A program made the translations under genes and the position numbers. This document shows positions 39,351 through 50,120 of a stretch of 64,000 nt of DNA, piece after piece. The stretch is from an uncultured delta proteobacterium (lineage in GTDB: Bacteria; Desulfobacterota; Desulfobacteria; Desulfobacterales; UBA2156). The notes beneath the pieces are model-generated. The model worked only from the letters and a program-made list of their open reading frames with translations, had not been told where the DNA came from and made no database searches. The first letter of the stretch is position 1. Each line of letters begins with the position of its first letter. The stretch is taken from positions 544,001 to 608,000 of the forward strand of contig CAVTQK010000021.1 of the NCBI GenBank assembly GCA_963736855.1. The letters are read 5' to 3'.

Positions 39351-40331
39351 ATGAAGGGACAGGCCGTGGCCACCAACGAGTCGAATCCTGCAAGTCTTGG
39401 TGCAAACCCCGGGTTATCAGCAACCCCAGGTTACGGAAGCCGGGACCTGTTTACAGAGACGCCCTTTGTGCGCAAAAAAAGGCGTATAGAGTACCTGGTC
39501 GGGGCACTCTTTCTTTTGATGACCCTTCTGATGGTTGTTCCTCTTATTTTTATCATCTGTTACCTCTTCTACAGAGCCGCCCCGGCCTTATCTATTGACT
39601 TCCTATTCTCCGCTCCCACATCAGGCATGCGTGGCGGCGGCATCTGGCCTGCATTGTTGGGTACGCTCTATCTGGTTATCCTTTCTCTGCTTGTTTCCGC
39701 CCCGATTGGAGTACTGGCGGCTGTATACCTGAATGAGTATTCGCGAGACAACTGGTTGACGCGTATCATCAACCTGGCCGTGGTGAATCTCGCCGGAGTC
39801 CCCAGCATTGTTCATGCCCTGTTTGGCGTGGGCGCTTTTGTCCTGTTTGCAAGAATGGGCCGCTCAATCCTCGCAGCATCGCTCACCCTGGCGATCATGA
39901 CCCTTCCGGTCATCATTGCGGCGACTAAAGAAGCCCTTTCCGCCGTACCCATGGCTTTTCGAGAGGCGTGCTGGAACGTGGGTGCATCGCGCTGGCAGAC
40001 CATCCGTGGAATTGTACTGCCTAATTCGATAAGCGGTATCTTGACCGGCATCATCCTGCAGGTGTCGCGGGCCGCCGGTGAGACCGCCCCCATTATGTTT
40101 ACCGGCGCGGTGTTCTACAAGGCCATATCCGAAGGAGACATCTTTGCATACGGCCTGTTTGACCAGTGCATGGCCCTTTCCATGCACCTTTTTACCATAT
40201 CCACCCAGGTCCCCAATGTGCCTGAGGCGATAACGTACGGGACCGCGGTCGTGCTGCTCGGCACTGTCTTGCTGGTGAATATGCTGGCGATTGTCTTTCG
40301 CGTATACCTGCGTTCCCGAAAAAAGTGGTAG
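39351..40331 (+). CDS. pstA: Phosphate ABC transporter permease
   Basis: GGIWPAL, AVYLNEY, NLAGVPSIV, RAAGETAP. Confidence 0.9.
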   Translation: MKGQAVATNESNPASLGANPGLSATPGYGSRDLFTETPFVRKKRRIEYLVGALFLLMTLLMVVPLIFIICYLFYRAAPALSIDFLFSAPTSGMRGGGIWPALLGTLYLVILSLLVSAPIGVLAAVYLNEYSRDNWLTRIINLAVVNLAGVPSIVHALFGVGAFVLFARMGRSILAASLTLAIMTLPVIIAATKEALSAVPMAFREACWNVGASRWQTIRGIVLPNSISGILTGIILQVSRAAGETAPIMFTGAVFYKAISEGDIFAYGLFDQCMALSMHLFTISTQVPNVPEAITYGTAVVLLGTVLLVNMLAIVFRVYLRSRKKW

Positions 40332-40337
40332 GCATTT

Positions 40338-41102
40338 GTGGAAATGTTAAAGAAGAAGATCGAGATTTCGAACTTGAGGGTCGGATACGGCAACGAGCAA
40401 GCGCTCAAAGGGATCTCCCTTGACGTCTACGAGAACGAGATCCTCGCGATCATCGGGCCGGCGCAGTCTGGAAAGACGACCCTGCTGAAGGTCATCAACC
40501 GTACCGTAGAATTCATCCCCGGGGTTCGGGTTGAGGGTTCGGTGAAGATCGACGGGCAGGACGTGCTCGATGTCAAGAACGTTTATGAACTGCGCCGCAA
40601 GATCGGGATGGTATTTCCACTCCCCGTCGGCTTGCCGTTGTCTATATATGATAATGTGGCCTTCGCACCTCGGGCTGCCGGTGTTTACGACTCTACTAAG
40701 CTCGATGAGCTTGTCGAGCGTTGCTTGAAGCAGGCGGCCCTTTGGGAGGAAGTCAAAGATCGCCTGAGCAGTCTGGGCACCAGGCTATCCGGGGGACAGC
40801 AACAACGACTCACCATCGCCCGGGCCCTGTCTCATCAACCGGAGATCCTGTGCCTGGACGAGTTTTCCATCGCGGTCGACCCGGTGACGACCATGCGCAT
40901 CGAGGACGTTTTGAGAGAACTGCGCTCGCAGGTCACTATTATTCTGGTTACCAACCTCGTGCAGCAGGCCCGGCGTCTGGCAGACCGCACCGCCTTTCTC
41001 TTTAATGGCGAACTCATCGAGATCGACTCAAATGACATTATTTTTTCGAACTCCCCCGCCAACAGAGTGACTTATGACTATGTGATGGGGAATTTCGGAT
41101 GA
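40338..41102 (+). CDS. pstB: Phosphate ABC transporter ATPase 1
   Basis: GPAQSGKT, LSGGQQQR, LCLDEF; H-loop reads VTN. Confidence 0.85.
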   Translation: MEMLKKKIEISNLRVGYGNEQALKGISLDVYENEILAIIGPAQSGKTTLLKVINRTVEFIPGVRVEGSVKIDGQDVLDVKNVYELRRKIGMVFPLPVGLPLSIYDNVAFAPRAAGVYDSTKLDELVERCLKQAALWEEVKDRLSSLGTRLSGGQQQRLTIARALSHQPEILCLDEFSIAVDPVTTMRIEDVLRELRSQVTIILVTNLVQQARRLADRTAFLFNGELIEIDSNDIIFSNSPANRVTYDYVMGNFG

Positions 41103-41875
41103 TTGCGCCTGCAAAGTTCAGTATTGAAACCGAGAAACTCAACCTCTGGTACGGCGATTTCCAGGCGTTGATGAATGTGAGCGTCAAAATGAAGGACGGC
41201 CTGATTACCGGCCTCATTGGGCCCTCGGGCTGCGGTAAGACCACCTTGCTGCGCTGTTTCAACCGTGTGAACGAACGGTATGGCAATGTCACGACAACAG
41301 GGCAGATCAAGATCCTCGGAAAGAACATATACGATCCGGACGTCTCACTGCCGGAGATGCGCAAAGCGGTCGGCATGGTGTTTCAGCGCCCCAATCCATT
41401 GCCGATTTCCGTGTACGAAAATATCGTGTTCGGATTGAGAATACACTCGGAGCGGGCGTCCCTAAAGAAATCAGCTGCGGATGAGATCGTAGAGAAATCG
41501 CTGACGGAAGTTTTTCTTTGGGACGACCTGAAAGACAAGCTCAAGAAGAAAGCCACTGCGTTGCAACTTGAACAGCAGCAGAAGCTGTGTATCGCCCGTC
41601 TCCTGCCTTTAAAGCCGCAAGTTATTCTGATGGACGAACCGTGCTCCTCATTGGACGCCGAATCGACCCGGGCTATTGAAGAGATGATGTTGAATCTGGC
41701 GGGACGTTACACTATGGTGATCGTAACGCACAACATGGCGCAGGCTCGGCGTGTCAGTGATGAGTGTATTTTTATGTTGATGGGAGAAGTCATCGAGCAA
41801 AGGCGTACCCAGAGCCTTTTCTTGACTCCCAGAGATTCGAGAACTGCGGACTATATCGAAGGACGGTACGGCTGA
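41099..41875 (+). CDS. pstB: Phosphate ABC transporter ATPase 2
   Basis: GPSGCGKT, FQRPNP, LMDEP, VTHNMAQA, YIEGRYG; signature reads LQLEQ. Confidence 0.85.
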   Translation: MIAPAKFSIETEKLNLWYGDFQALMNVSVKMKDGLITGLIGPSGCGKTTLLRCFNRVNERYGNVTTTGQIKILGKNIYDPDVSLPEMRKAVGMVFQRPNPLPISVYENIVFGLRIHSERASLKKSAADEIVEKSLTEVFLWDDLKDKLKKKATALQLEQQQKLCIARLLPLKPQVILMDEPCSSLDAESTRAIEEMMLNLAGRYTMVIVTHNMAQARRVSDECIFMLMGEVIEQRRTQSLFLTPRDSRTADYIEGRYG

Positions 41876-42114
41876 TATCATTTCTCCCGGTTCCGGCCAC
41901 AAGCGATGCCCATGACCTTCTTTTCGCCCCCAAAAACATCAGGATACCATCTGAATTGACCCCGTTTCTGAAATCCGTTCGCATCATGTTCACCTGTTCC
42001 GCGGCCGACCCCGACAAACATGAAGATCGGCCCCGTAATGCTGACCAGCGATTCCCCTTTTCGCTCTGGGTGCCGTTGGAGCGCTTTCGCCACAGCACGG
42101 CAAACCGCAGCACC

Positions 42115-42230
42115 AGCGGATCATGATTGTGGGTTGCCCAAAGGCTAAGAGGCCTTATTATCTTTTTGATGATCCGGTCGTCCTCTATAAATGCGATGAT
42201 CCTCATGAGTTTTCGTTCCATCTTCTCAGG
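42115..42230 (-). pseudogene. IS91-like transposase C-terminal remnant
   Basis: MRIIAFIEDDRIIKKIIRPLSLWATHNHDP resembles the C-terminus of IS91-family transposases. Confidence 0.5.
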
Positions 42231-42518
42231 AAACAGTCTTATGGTAAAATGCGTCAGGATTTCAGAGACACAACACAACCCTTCATAATGATCGACCGCG
42301 GATAACGCCGAAAAATTTCTTGAAAAATCAATTGGCTTCCGTTATTTTTCATTCAAAGATAAATCAGGAAGCCTCAAGATCGAAACCAACGAGAAGATGA
42401 TTCCATTTTACCGGGGCAGGATGCTGCTCCCTTGTTATCCTTGCGAAGAGCACTCCATCGATATTCAGATCGCGGAAGACAGGGAGATTGAGAGTCTAAA
42501 GTAAATCGAGGTAGAACC

Positions 42519-42827
42519 ATGAACCCAAAAATATCATCAATCCCCAAAGATACCCTTGCCGCATTTTGCCAAGCGCGTGGCATCCGGCGGCTGGCGTTTT
42601 TCGGTTCGGCGCTGCGTGACGATTTCCGCCCGGACAGCGACATCGACGTGCTGGTCGAGTTCGAACCCGACCGCATCCCCGGCCTGTTCGGAATTGCATG
42701 CATGGAGCGAGAGCTATCCGTGTTGCTGGGCGGCCGTAAAGTCGATATGCGCACATCTGAAGATCTCAGCCGGTATTTTCGTAAGCGAGTCCTCGCTGAA
42801 GCAGAGGTTCAGTATGCGGCCGGATGA
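42519..42827 (+). CDS. mntA: MNT-family nucleotidyltransferase antitoxin
   Basis: [26 protein letters not shown]. Confidence 0.85.
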   Translation: MNPKISSIPKDTLAAFCQARGIRRLAFFGSALRDDFRPDSDIDVLVEFEPDRIPGLFGIACMERELSVLLGGRKVDMRTSEDLSRYFRKRVLAEAEVQYAAG

Positions 42828-43158
42828 TCTGATCCGGTTGCGCCACATTCTGGATGCCGCGCACGAGGTTATCGGTTTTGTCCATGGCCGCTCCCGTGAC
42901 GATCTTGGTTGCGACCGTCAACTCGTTTTGGCGCTGGTCAAGGCGATCGAAATTATTGGCGAAGCTGCACATCAGATGGACCCAGCCTCCAGAGCTGAGG
43001 TGCCGGGCATCCCATGGGATGACATAATCGGTATGCGCCACCGATTGGTGCATGCCTATTTTGAAATCAACCTGGACATCCTATGGAAAACCATACAAGG
43101 TGATTTGCCTCCGCTGATCGCAACCCTGGAACCCTTTGTGCCACCTGAGGAAACATAA
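42814..43158 (+). CDS. hepT: HEPN/DUF86 RNase toxin
   Basis: [17 protein letters not shown] (RX4H-Y); overlaps mntA. Confidence 0.85.
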   Translation: MRPDDLIRLRHILDAAHEVIGFVHGRSRDDLGCDRQLVLALVKAIEIIGEAAHQMDPASRAEVPGIPWDDIIGMRHRLVHAYFEINLDILWKTIQGDLPPLIATLEPFVPPEET

Positions 43159-43302
43159 TGTTCTGCACCATCATTGAGCATCTTATAATCTAAACACCAC
43201 AAATCATGTCTGTCTTCCCTACCTCTCTTCCCTTTATACGCTAATTTTCCATCCTGAATGCCCACACTAAATTAACGAAATAAAAAAATTGGAAATATAT
43301 CA

Positions 43303-43339
43303 TTTACATTTACATTGACATTTACATTTTTATATGTCA
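43303..43339 (+). promoter_or_regulatory. lexA promoter and candidate LexA operator
   Basis: TTTACA-TTTACA-TTGACA-TTTACA tandem including a perfect -35 at 43315; dyad TGACAT-N12-ATGTCA. Confidence 0.5.
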
Positions 43340-43383
43340 TTTTCGGAAAACAAAAAAACTGAAACGATCGGGAGGCGTTTTTG

Positions 43384-44022
43384 ATGCCGACGGAATTTAC
43401 ACAAAAACAGCAGCGGCTTCTCGACTATCTCAAAGAGGCAGCGTCCAAAACCGGGGGGACGCCCAGTCTGCGCCGGGCGGCGGATCATCTCGGTGTCAGC
43501 CATGCCGCCGTGTCCCAGATGATCCGGGCCCTCGAAAAAAAGGGGGCACTACACCGGGAGGGGCGTTACGGCCGCACCGTTCATCTTCTCAATCGTATGG
43601 GGCAGCCGACAGGAGTTTCACGCTGGCGGGAAATCCCCGTGGTGGGGAATATCGCCGCCGGGTTGCCTCTGTACGCCCAGCAGGAGTGGGGAGGAAGCCT
43701 GGTGGTGGACGCGGACCTGTACGGCGGGGCGAATTTGTTCGCCCTTACGGTCCGGGGGGATTCCATGAAAGACGCCGGGATCCTGGACGGGGACCTGGCC
43801 GTGTGCGAGCCAAGACAGTTCGCCGAAAACGGGGAGATCGTGGCGGTTTTGATCCGGCAGGAGGAAGCCACGGTGAAGCGCTTTTTCCTTCGAAAAAAAC
43901 ACATCGAACTGCGGCCTGAAAATACCGCGCATCGTCCCATGATCTGCGGATTCGATGAAGTCCTGGTCCAGGGAAAAGTCATCGGCATCCAACGGGGACC
44001 CGATGTCATGAAACGAGTGTAA
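43384..44022 (+). CDS. lexA: LexA repressor
   Basis: N-terminal wHTH, IAAG cleavage site, VRGDSM catalytic Ser, ATVKR catalytic Lys. Confidence 0.9.
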   Translation: MPTEFTQKQQRLLDYLKEAASKTGGTPSLRRAADHLGVSHAAVSQMIRALEKKGALHREGRYGRTVHLLNRMGQPTGVSRWREIPVVGNIAAGLPLYAQQEWGGSLVVDADLYGGANLFALTVRGDSMKDAGILDGDLAVCEPRQFAENGEIVAVLIRQEEATVKRFFLRKKHIELRPENTAHRPMICGFDEVLVQGKVIGIQRGPDVMKRV

Positions 44023-44031
44023 GGATCCGCC

Positions 44032-44844
44032 ATGCCCGGTTGCACCCTTTTCGTCGGCACCAGCGGCTATTCCTACACCGAGTGGGTGGAGGCCGGATTC
44101 TATCCGGAAGGAACCCCGTCCGGGCGGATGCTTCCCTTGTATGCCCTGGAATTTTCCATCACCGAACTCAACTACACCTGGTATCAGATGCCCAAGGCCG
44201 AAGCCGTGGAACGCCAGCGGTCCCTGGCGCCGCCCGGTTTTTTGTTTGCCGCCAAACTCACGCGCACCCTGACCCATGAAATCGATCCGGAAACCTGGAA
44301 AAAGGACGCCGCATCTTACCGGGACGGCATCACCCCCCTCCTCCAGGCCGGACAGCTCGCCGCGGTCCTGATCCAGTTTCCCCCTTCATTTACCCGCACG
44401 CCCGAACACCGGAAACACCTGGCCGCCCTCATCGCCGAGCTGGACGGGCTTCCATTGGCCGTGGAATTCCGCCACCGGTCCTGGAACGACGAGCGGGTCT
44501 TTACGGAACTGAAAAAGCGCCGGGTCACCCTGGTGAATGTCGATGCGCCGGATCTTCCGGGGCTTTTCCCGGCCCTGAATGTGGTCACCCGTCCCGACCT
44601 GTTTTATGTCCGGTTCCACGGCCGCAACGCCAAAGGGTGGCGGTCCGGGAAGATGCATCTCCAGTTCGATTACAGTTACAGCGATGACGAATTAAAGGAC
44701 TGGATCGGAAACCGGATCGCGCCCATGGCTTCACAGGCCCGGCGAGGCATCCTCTTTTTCAACAACCACGTCCGGGCCCAGGCCCCGGAAAACGCCAAAC
44801 GGTTCATCCGTCTTCTCAAGGAACACGGGCTTTCCACGGCGTAA
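44032..44844 (+). CDS. DUF72 (YecE-like) TIM-barrel protein
   Basis: VGTSGYSY..W...FYP, ELNYTWY, QFPPSF, AVEFRH, YVRFHGRN, FFNNH. Confidence 0.88.
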   Translation: MPGCTLFVGTSGYSYTEWVEAGFYPEGTPSGRMLPLYALEFSITELNYTWYQMPKAEAVERQRSLAPPGFLFAAKLTRTLTHEIDPETWKKDAASYRDGITPLLQAGQLAAVLIQFPPSFTRTPEHRKHLAALIAELDGLPLAVEFRHRSWNDERVFTELKKRRVTLVNVDAPDLPGLFPALNVVTRPDLFYVRFHGRNAKGWRSGKMHLQFDYSYSDDELKDWIGNRIAPMASQARRGILFFNNHVRAQAPENAKRFIRLLKEHGLSTA

Positions 44845-44845
44845 C

Positions 44846-46024
44846 ATGCGGGAGCGGTTCATCATCCATTTCAACGTGGCCGATTTCGCCTCGGCGGTGG
44901 AGCGTGTCCTGGAGCCCCGGCTCCAGGGACGTCCCCTTCTCATCGCGCCTGAAGGAAGCCCCCGGGCCGTCGTGTACGACATGAGCGAGGAGGCTTACCG
45001 GCACGGGATCCGCAAAGGGATGCCTATCCGCAAGGCCCTGCGGCGCTGCCCCGGCGCCACGGTCCTCCCGCCCCACCCGGACCGGTATGAACGGGCCATG
45101 CGGGCTTTCCTAGAGCACGCCCTCCCCTACTCCCCCCTCATTGAAATCACGGACTGTCAGGGACATCTCTTTCTCGACGTGACCGGAACCGGGAGGCTCT
45201 TCGGCCCTCCGCCGGATCTTGCCTGGCGCATCCGAAAAACCGTGCGGTCCGGCATGGGACTGAATCCCATCTGGTCCGTGGCTCCCAATAAATTAACGGC
45301 CAAGGTGGCGACCCGGATAGTCAAGCCTGTAGGCGAGTACATCATCGGCGCCGGCGAAGAAGAAGCGTTTCTGGCGCCTTTGCCCCTGCACCTGATTCCC
45401 GGGATCGAATCGGAGGACCTGAAGCGATTTTCCGACTTCAATCTGACGCATGTGCGGGAGGCGGCCCGTCTTTCCGAGGAACATCTTATCCTTCTTTTCG
45501 ATCGACGGGGAACAACCCTTCACGAGGCCCTCCACGGCATCGATCCGTCGCCGGTACGCCCCTTTACCCACGGGCCTCCCGTAGTGACCGTGGATCACGT
45601 CTTCGAAGAGGATGCGCATTCCCCGGCGTATCTCGATCAGGCTCTGTTTCAGCTTGTGGAACAGGCCGGGATCCGCCTGCGCAAACAACGGCTGGCCGCA
45701 GGTCGGATCCGCGTGGCCCTCGACTATTCCGACGGGATTCGGGCAGCCCGGCAAGCGGCTGTCGATCCGGCATCCGCCAACGACTTTTGCCTCTTCCCGG
45801 CGGCTCGGACGCTTTTACGGCACGCCTGGAAACGCCGGGTCCGGGTGCGCCGTCTGGCCCTGGTCTGCGACCGGCTTACCTATCCGCCGCCGCTCCAGCA
45901 GGACCTGTTTGCCGAAGACACCCGGGAAAAAATCGCCCAGGAAAGACTGGTTTCCGCCATGGACGCCATTCGAGACCGCTTCGGAGCGGGTGCCGTCCGG
46001 ACCGGACGGGTGCTGGCTGCCTGA
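44846..46024 (+). CDS. imuB: Y-family polymerase homolog, probably catalytically inactive (ImuB-like)
   Basis: IMS fold (APNKLTAKVA, IPGI); catalytic acidic motifs replaced (HFNVADF, DCQGHLFLD); QQDLF clamp-binding motif. Confidence 0.75.
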   Translation: MRERFIIHFNVADFASAVERVLEPRLQGRPLLIAPEGSPRAVVYDMSEEAYRHGIRKGMPIRKALRRCPGATVLPPHPDRYERAMRAFLEHALPYSPLIEITDCQGHLFLDVTGTGRLFGPPPDLAWRIRKTVRSGMGLNPIWSVAPNKLTAKVATRIVKPVGEYIIGAGEEEAFLAPLPLHLIPGIESEDLKRFSDFNLTHVREAARLSEEHLILLFDRRGTTLHEALHGIDPSPVRPFTHGPPVVTVDHVFEEDAHSPAYLDQALFQLVEQAGIRLRKQRLAAGRIRVALDYSDGIRAARQAAVDPASANDFCLFPAARTLLRHAWKRRVRVRRLALVCDRLTYPPPLQQDLFAEDTREKIAQERLVSAMDAIRDRFGAGAVRTGRVLAA

Positions 46025-46026
46025 CC

Positions 46027-49018
46027 ATGATCCCCCTTTGCGTCCATTCGCATTTTTCCCTGATGGAAGGGACCGCCTCACCGAAACAGCTTTGTCAAAA
46101 AGCGCGGGCATTGGGATACCGTCGCCTGGCGCTGACCGACACGGACAACCTCTATGGCCTGTGGCCTTTTCTCGAAGGCTGCCGGGAGGAAGGGATTACC
46201 CCCATCGTCGGCGCCGCAGTGACGGATCCGAAGTCCAAGCACCGGATCGTCTGCCTGGTGGAAAACGATTCCGGATACCGCAATCTCTGTCGTCTCATCA
46301 CCCGCCGCCGCTGCGATAAGGCCTTTGACCTGAAAACCGCCCTTCCCTGTTTCAGCACAGGACTTGCGGTCCTGACATCGGCTCCAGAATGGCTTGCCTT
46401 CTGGCACGAGGCCGGCGTGACCGTGGCGGCGGCCCTGTTCCACAGTCCCGATGCCGCGGGATTGACGCTGCGAAACCTTTCCCGGCGCCTTGGGATTCCC
46501 TTTGTGGCTGCACCGGAAACCTTTCTTTGCGACCCGGAAGCGTTTGCCATCCACCGGTTGCTTCGGGCCATCGCCAAAAACACCTCCTTTTCCCGGTTGT
46601 CCGCTGCGGATACGGTTTCGCCCGACGCCTCTTTATCCCCTCCATCCGTTTATGCCCAACGATTTCATCTGTGGCCCGAGACCTTGGCCGCCGCCGACAC
46701 CCTGGCCGAGCGCCTCACATTTACCGGCCCGGATTTCGGTCTGGTGCTGCCTCCCTGGTCCGACCCCCGGGGGCGCCCCGCTGCTTGTGCCCTGAGGGAA
46801 TCGGCCTATACAGGCGCCCGAAGTCGCTACGGCGAAGACCTTCCGGAAACCGTGGTGGAGCGCCTGGAGCACGAGCTTTCCATTATCGAGACCATGGGGT
46901 TTTCAGCTTACTTTCTGATTGTGCAGGATATCGTGAAAAAAAGCCCCCGCATCTGCGGCCGGGGAAGCGGAGCCGCATCGCTTACAGCGTATGCCCTGGG
47001 GATCACCAACGTTTGCCCGATCAAATATAACCTGTACTTCGAGCGGTTCCTGAATCCGGGGCGGAAAGACCCGCCGGACATCGACGTGGATTTTGCCTGG
47101 GACGAACGGGATGCCGTCATTGAAGCTGTTTTGAAACAATATGCCGGACACAGCGCCATGGTATGCAACCATGTCGCCTTTCAGCCGCGGATGGCGGTCC
47201 GGGAAACGGCGAAGGTGTTCGGGCTTACAGAGGCAGAGATCGGCCGGGTTTCCAAACGCCTCCCCTGGTTCTGGCGGATGGAGGATGCCGCGGAAGACCT
47301 CCTGGTAAAAATCCGGAACATGCCCGAACTCCGGAGCCTCGAATTTCCGGATCCCTGGCCGGAAATCCTCTACTTCGCCCAAAAAATCATCGGAACCCCG
47401 CGCCACATCTCTGTGCATTCGGGAGGGGTGGTGATTACTCCCCATCCCATCGAAGACTATGTTCCCATCGAAATAGCCCCCAAGGGGGTACCCATCATCC
47501 AGTGGGAAAAGGAGGGCGCCGAGGCCGGCGGCATGGTCAAGATCGATCTTCTGGGAAACCGCAGCCTGGGCGTGATTCGGGACGCTATAGCCAACCTCTC
47601 TGAAAACGGCACCCCACTGGATGAAGCCCGCTGGAATCCGGAAGACGACCCGGCAACCCAAAAAAGTGTGGCCGAAGGAAAGACCATGGGGTGCTTTTAC
47701 ATCGAAAGTCCGGCCATGCGCCTGCTCCAAAAAAAGGCCGGTACAGGAGATTTCGAGCACCTGGTGATCCACAGCAGCATCATCCGGCCGGCGGCAAACG
47801 AATTCATCCGGGAGTACCTGCGTCGTCTCCACGGCGCCCCCTGGAAACCCTTTCATCCCCTCCTGAACGATGTCCTCGATGAAACTTTCGGGATCCTGGT
47901 GTACCAGGAGGACGTCTCCAAGACGGCGGTGGCCCTGGCCGGCTTCTCCCACGCCGAAGCGGACGGGCTGCGCAAAATCCTGTCCAAAAAAGATAAGGCA
48001 AGACGTCTCAAAGACTATCAGGAGCGCTTTTTTGACGGAGCTTTCCGCCAGGGGGTTTCCAAGGAGTGCATCGAAGCGGTCTGGAACATGATGTCAAGCT
48101 TTGACGGGTATTCTTTCTGCAAGCCCCACAGCGCCAGCTACGCCCGGGTCTCCTTCCAGGCCGCGTATCTGAAAACCCATTTTCCGGCCGAATTCATGGC
48201 CGCCGTCATCAGCAACCAGGGCGGATTTTACAGCCCTCTTTGCCTATGTTTCGGAAGCCCGGCGTATGGGGGTGGCTATCCTTGGCCCGGATGTCAACCA
48301 AAGTGAAATCCGGTGGAAAGGAAAAGAAAAATCCATGCGCGTGGGACTGCTTTCCATTTCAGGGCTAAGCCGGGCCACCCGGGAAAAAATCGTGGAAAAG
48401 CGAAAGACGAGCCCTTACCAGAGTCTCAAGGACTTCCTGAACAGGGTCCGTCCGGATGCTTCCGAGGCGAGCCATTTGATCCACGCCGGGGCTTTCGATG
48501 CCCTTCATCCCCGTGAAAGCCGGGCCGCTTTGCTGTGGGAGCTGGCCGTATGGCAAAAAAACCGGCTTCCGAAAACAGATCTTTTCTCAAGCGTCCATCC
48601 GTCCGAAAGACCGGATTTTCCGAATGACTCCGAAAAGAGTCGTCTCAGAAACACCTACGCCGCCCTGGGTTTTCTCTGTGACCGGCACCCTATGGTTCTT
48701 TTTTCCGAAACGCTTAAAAATAAAGGGATCATCAAAGCCGAAAACATGCATCGATACGCCGGAAAACCAGTACAAACCGCCGGCTTGCTGATAACCGGAA
48801 AAGTCGTCCACACCAAACATGGGGAGCCCATGGAGTTTTTAACCTTCGAGGATGAAACCGGCCTTATGGAAACCGTCTTTTTCCCCGAGGCTTACCGTCG
48901 GTTCTGCACCATCCTGGATAAATCCCGGCCCTTTGTTCTTTCCGGAAAGGTCGAAGAAGAATTCGGGGCAGCGACACTGACGGTCAATCGTGTATCGGCG
49001 CTTCCTAAAACGGATTAA
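46027..49018 (+). pseudogene. dnaE2: Error-prone DNA polymerase III alpha (DnaE2), split by a +1 frameshift near 48238
   Basis: PHP motifs VHSHFSL and ALTDTDNLYG, GRGSGA, PPDIDVDF, FCKPHS; GGFYSP/FAYVSEARRMG continues in another frame into the OB-fold ORF 48266-49018. Confidence 0.85.
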
Positions 49019-49133
49019 GGCATGGCTTTGGCCACTTTAAGGTTCGTTGTCGGAAGTTGCAATTTTGTGGAAGAGGTATTATACTACTGAAAAATCAAAG
49101 ACGCCGACGATTCACCGGAGGAGATAGACATTC

Positions 49134-50063
49134 ATGGGAAATCAGATTCGCACCGTATTGCTGCTTTCCGTATTGACCGTACTGATTGTCCTTTTCGGAC
49201 AGTTCATGGGAGGACGCCAGGGGATGGTCATCGCGCTGCTTTTTGCGGCCGGGATGAACTTTTTCAGTTACTGGTTTTCAGATAAAATTGTCTTGAAAAT
49301 GTACGGCGCCCGGGAGGTGGATTCCCGGGAAGCCCCTGAGCTTCACGAGATCGTTTCCACCCTCACTCAGCGGGCGGGACTTCCCATGCCCCGGATTTAC
49401 ATCATTCCCAAGGACTCGCCCAATGCATTCGCAACAGGCCGGAATCCGGAGCATGCCGCCGTAGCCGTCACCGAAGGGCTCTTAAAGATCATGAACCGGG
49501 AAGAAGTCATGGGAGTTCTGGCCCACGAAATGGCCCATGTCAATAACCGAGACATCCTGATCGGGACCGTAGCCGCCACCATGGCCGGAGCCATCATGAT
49601 GTTGGCCAATATGGCCCGGTGGGGCGCCATGTTCGGGGGCGGTGGCCGGGACCGGGAAGGCGGAGGCGGCAACGCCTTAGCGATGATCGCCATGTCCATC
49701 ATCGCGCCTCTGGCCGCCATGATCATTCAAATGGCCATCTCCCGTTCCCGGGAATACTTGGCCGACGCCACGGGTGCCCGTTTTGCGCAGAGTCCGGAAG
49801 GGCTGGCCCGGGCTTTGGAAAAACTGCAGGCTTATTCCCAGAAAATCCCCATGAACGCCAGTCCGTCTACGGCCCACATGTTCATCGTAAATCCCCTTTC
49901 CGGAAGGAGTCTCATGGCCCTTTTTTCCACGCATCCGCCGGTGGAAGAACGGATTGCGAGACTTCGGGGCGGCTTCATCACGCCTTCCGGAAATACTCGG
50001 GAAAGCTCCGGCAACGATGTCGCTGAAAAAGGAAAGGCTTTCTGGGATCGGCTGTCCCGGTAG
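49134..50063 (+). CDS. htpX: Zinc metalloprotease HtpX
   Basis: [30 protein letters not shown]. Confidence 0.93.
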   Translation: MGNQIRTVLLLSVLTVLIVLFGQFMGGRQGMVIALLFAAGMNFFSYWFSDKIVLKMYGAREVDSREAPELHEIVSTLTQRAGLPMPRIYIIPKDSPNAFATGRNPEHAAVAVTEGLLKIMNREEVMGVLAHEMAHVNNRDILIGTVAATMAGAIMMLANMARWGAMFGGGGRDREGGGGNALAMIAMSIIAPLAAMIIQMAISRSREYLADATGARFAQSPEGLARALEKLQAYSQKIPMNASPSTAHMFIVNPLSGRSLMALFSTHPPVEERIARLRGGFITPSGNTRESSGNDVAEKGKAFWDRLSR

Positions 50064-50120
50064 ATACCTCAATCATGCCCCCTCTCTCCTTAAAAAGGCA
50101 TTTTTTCTCTTTTCAGCGTC

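Noticed and set aside
45787..46026. 80-aa N-terminal extension of the DnaE2 ORF
   Set aside because: It overlaps imuB; the PHP domain begins at ATG 46027.
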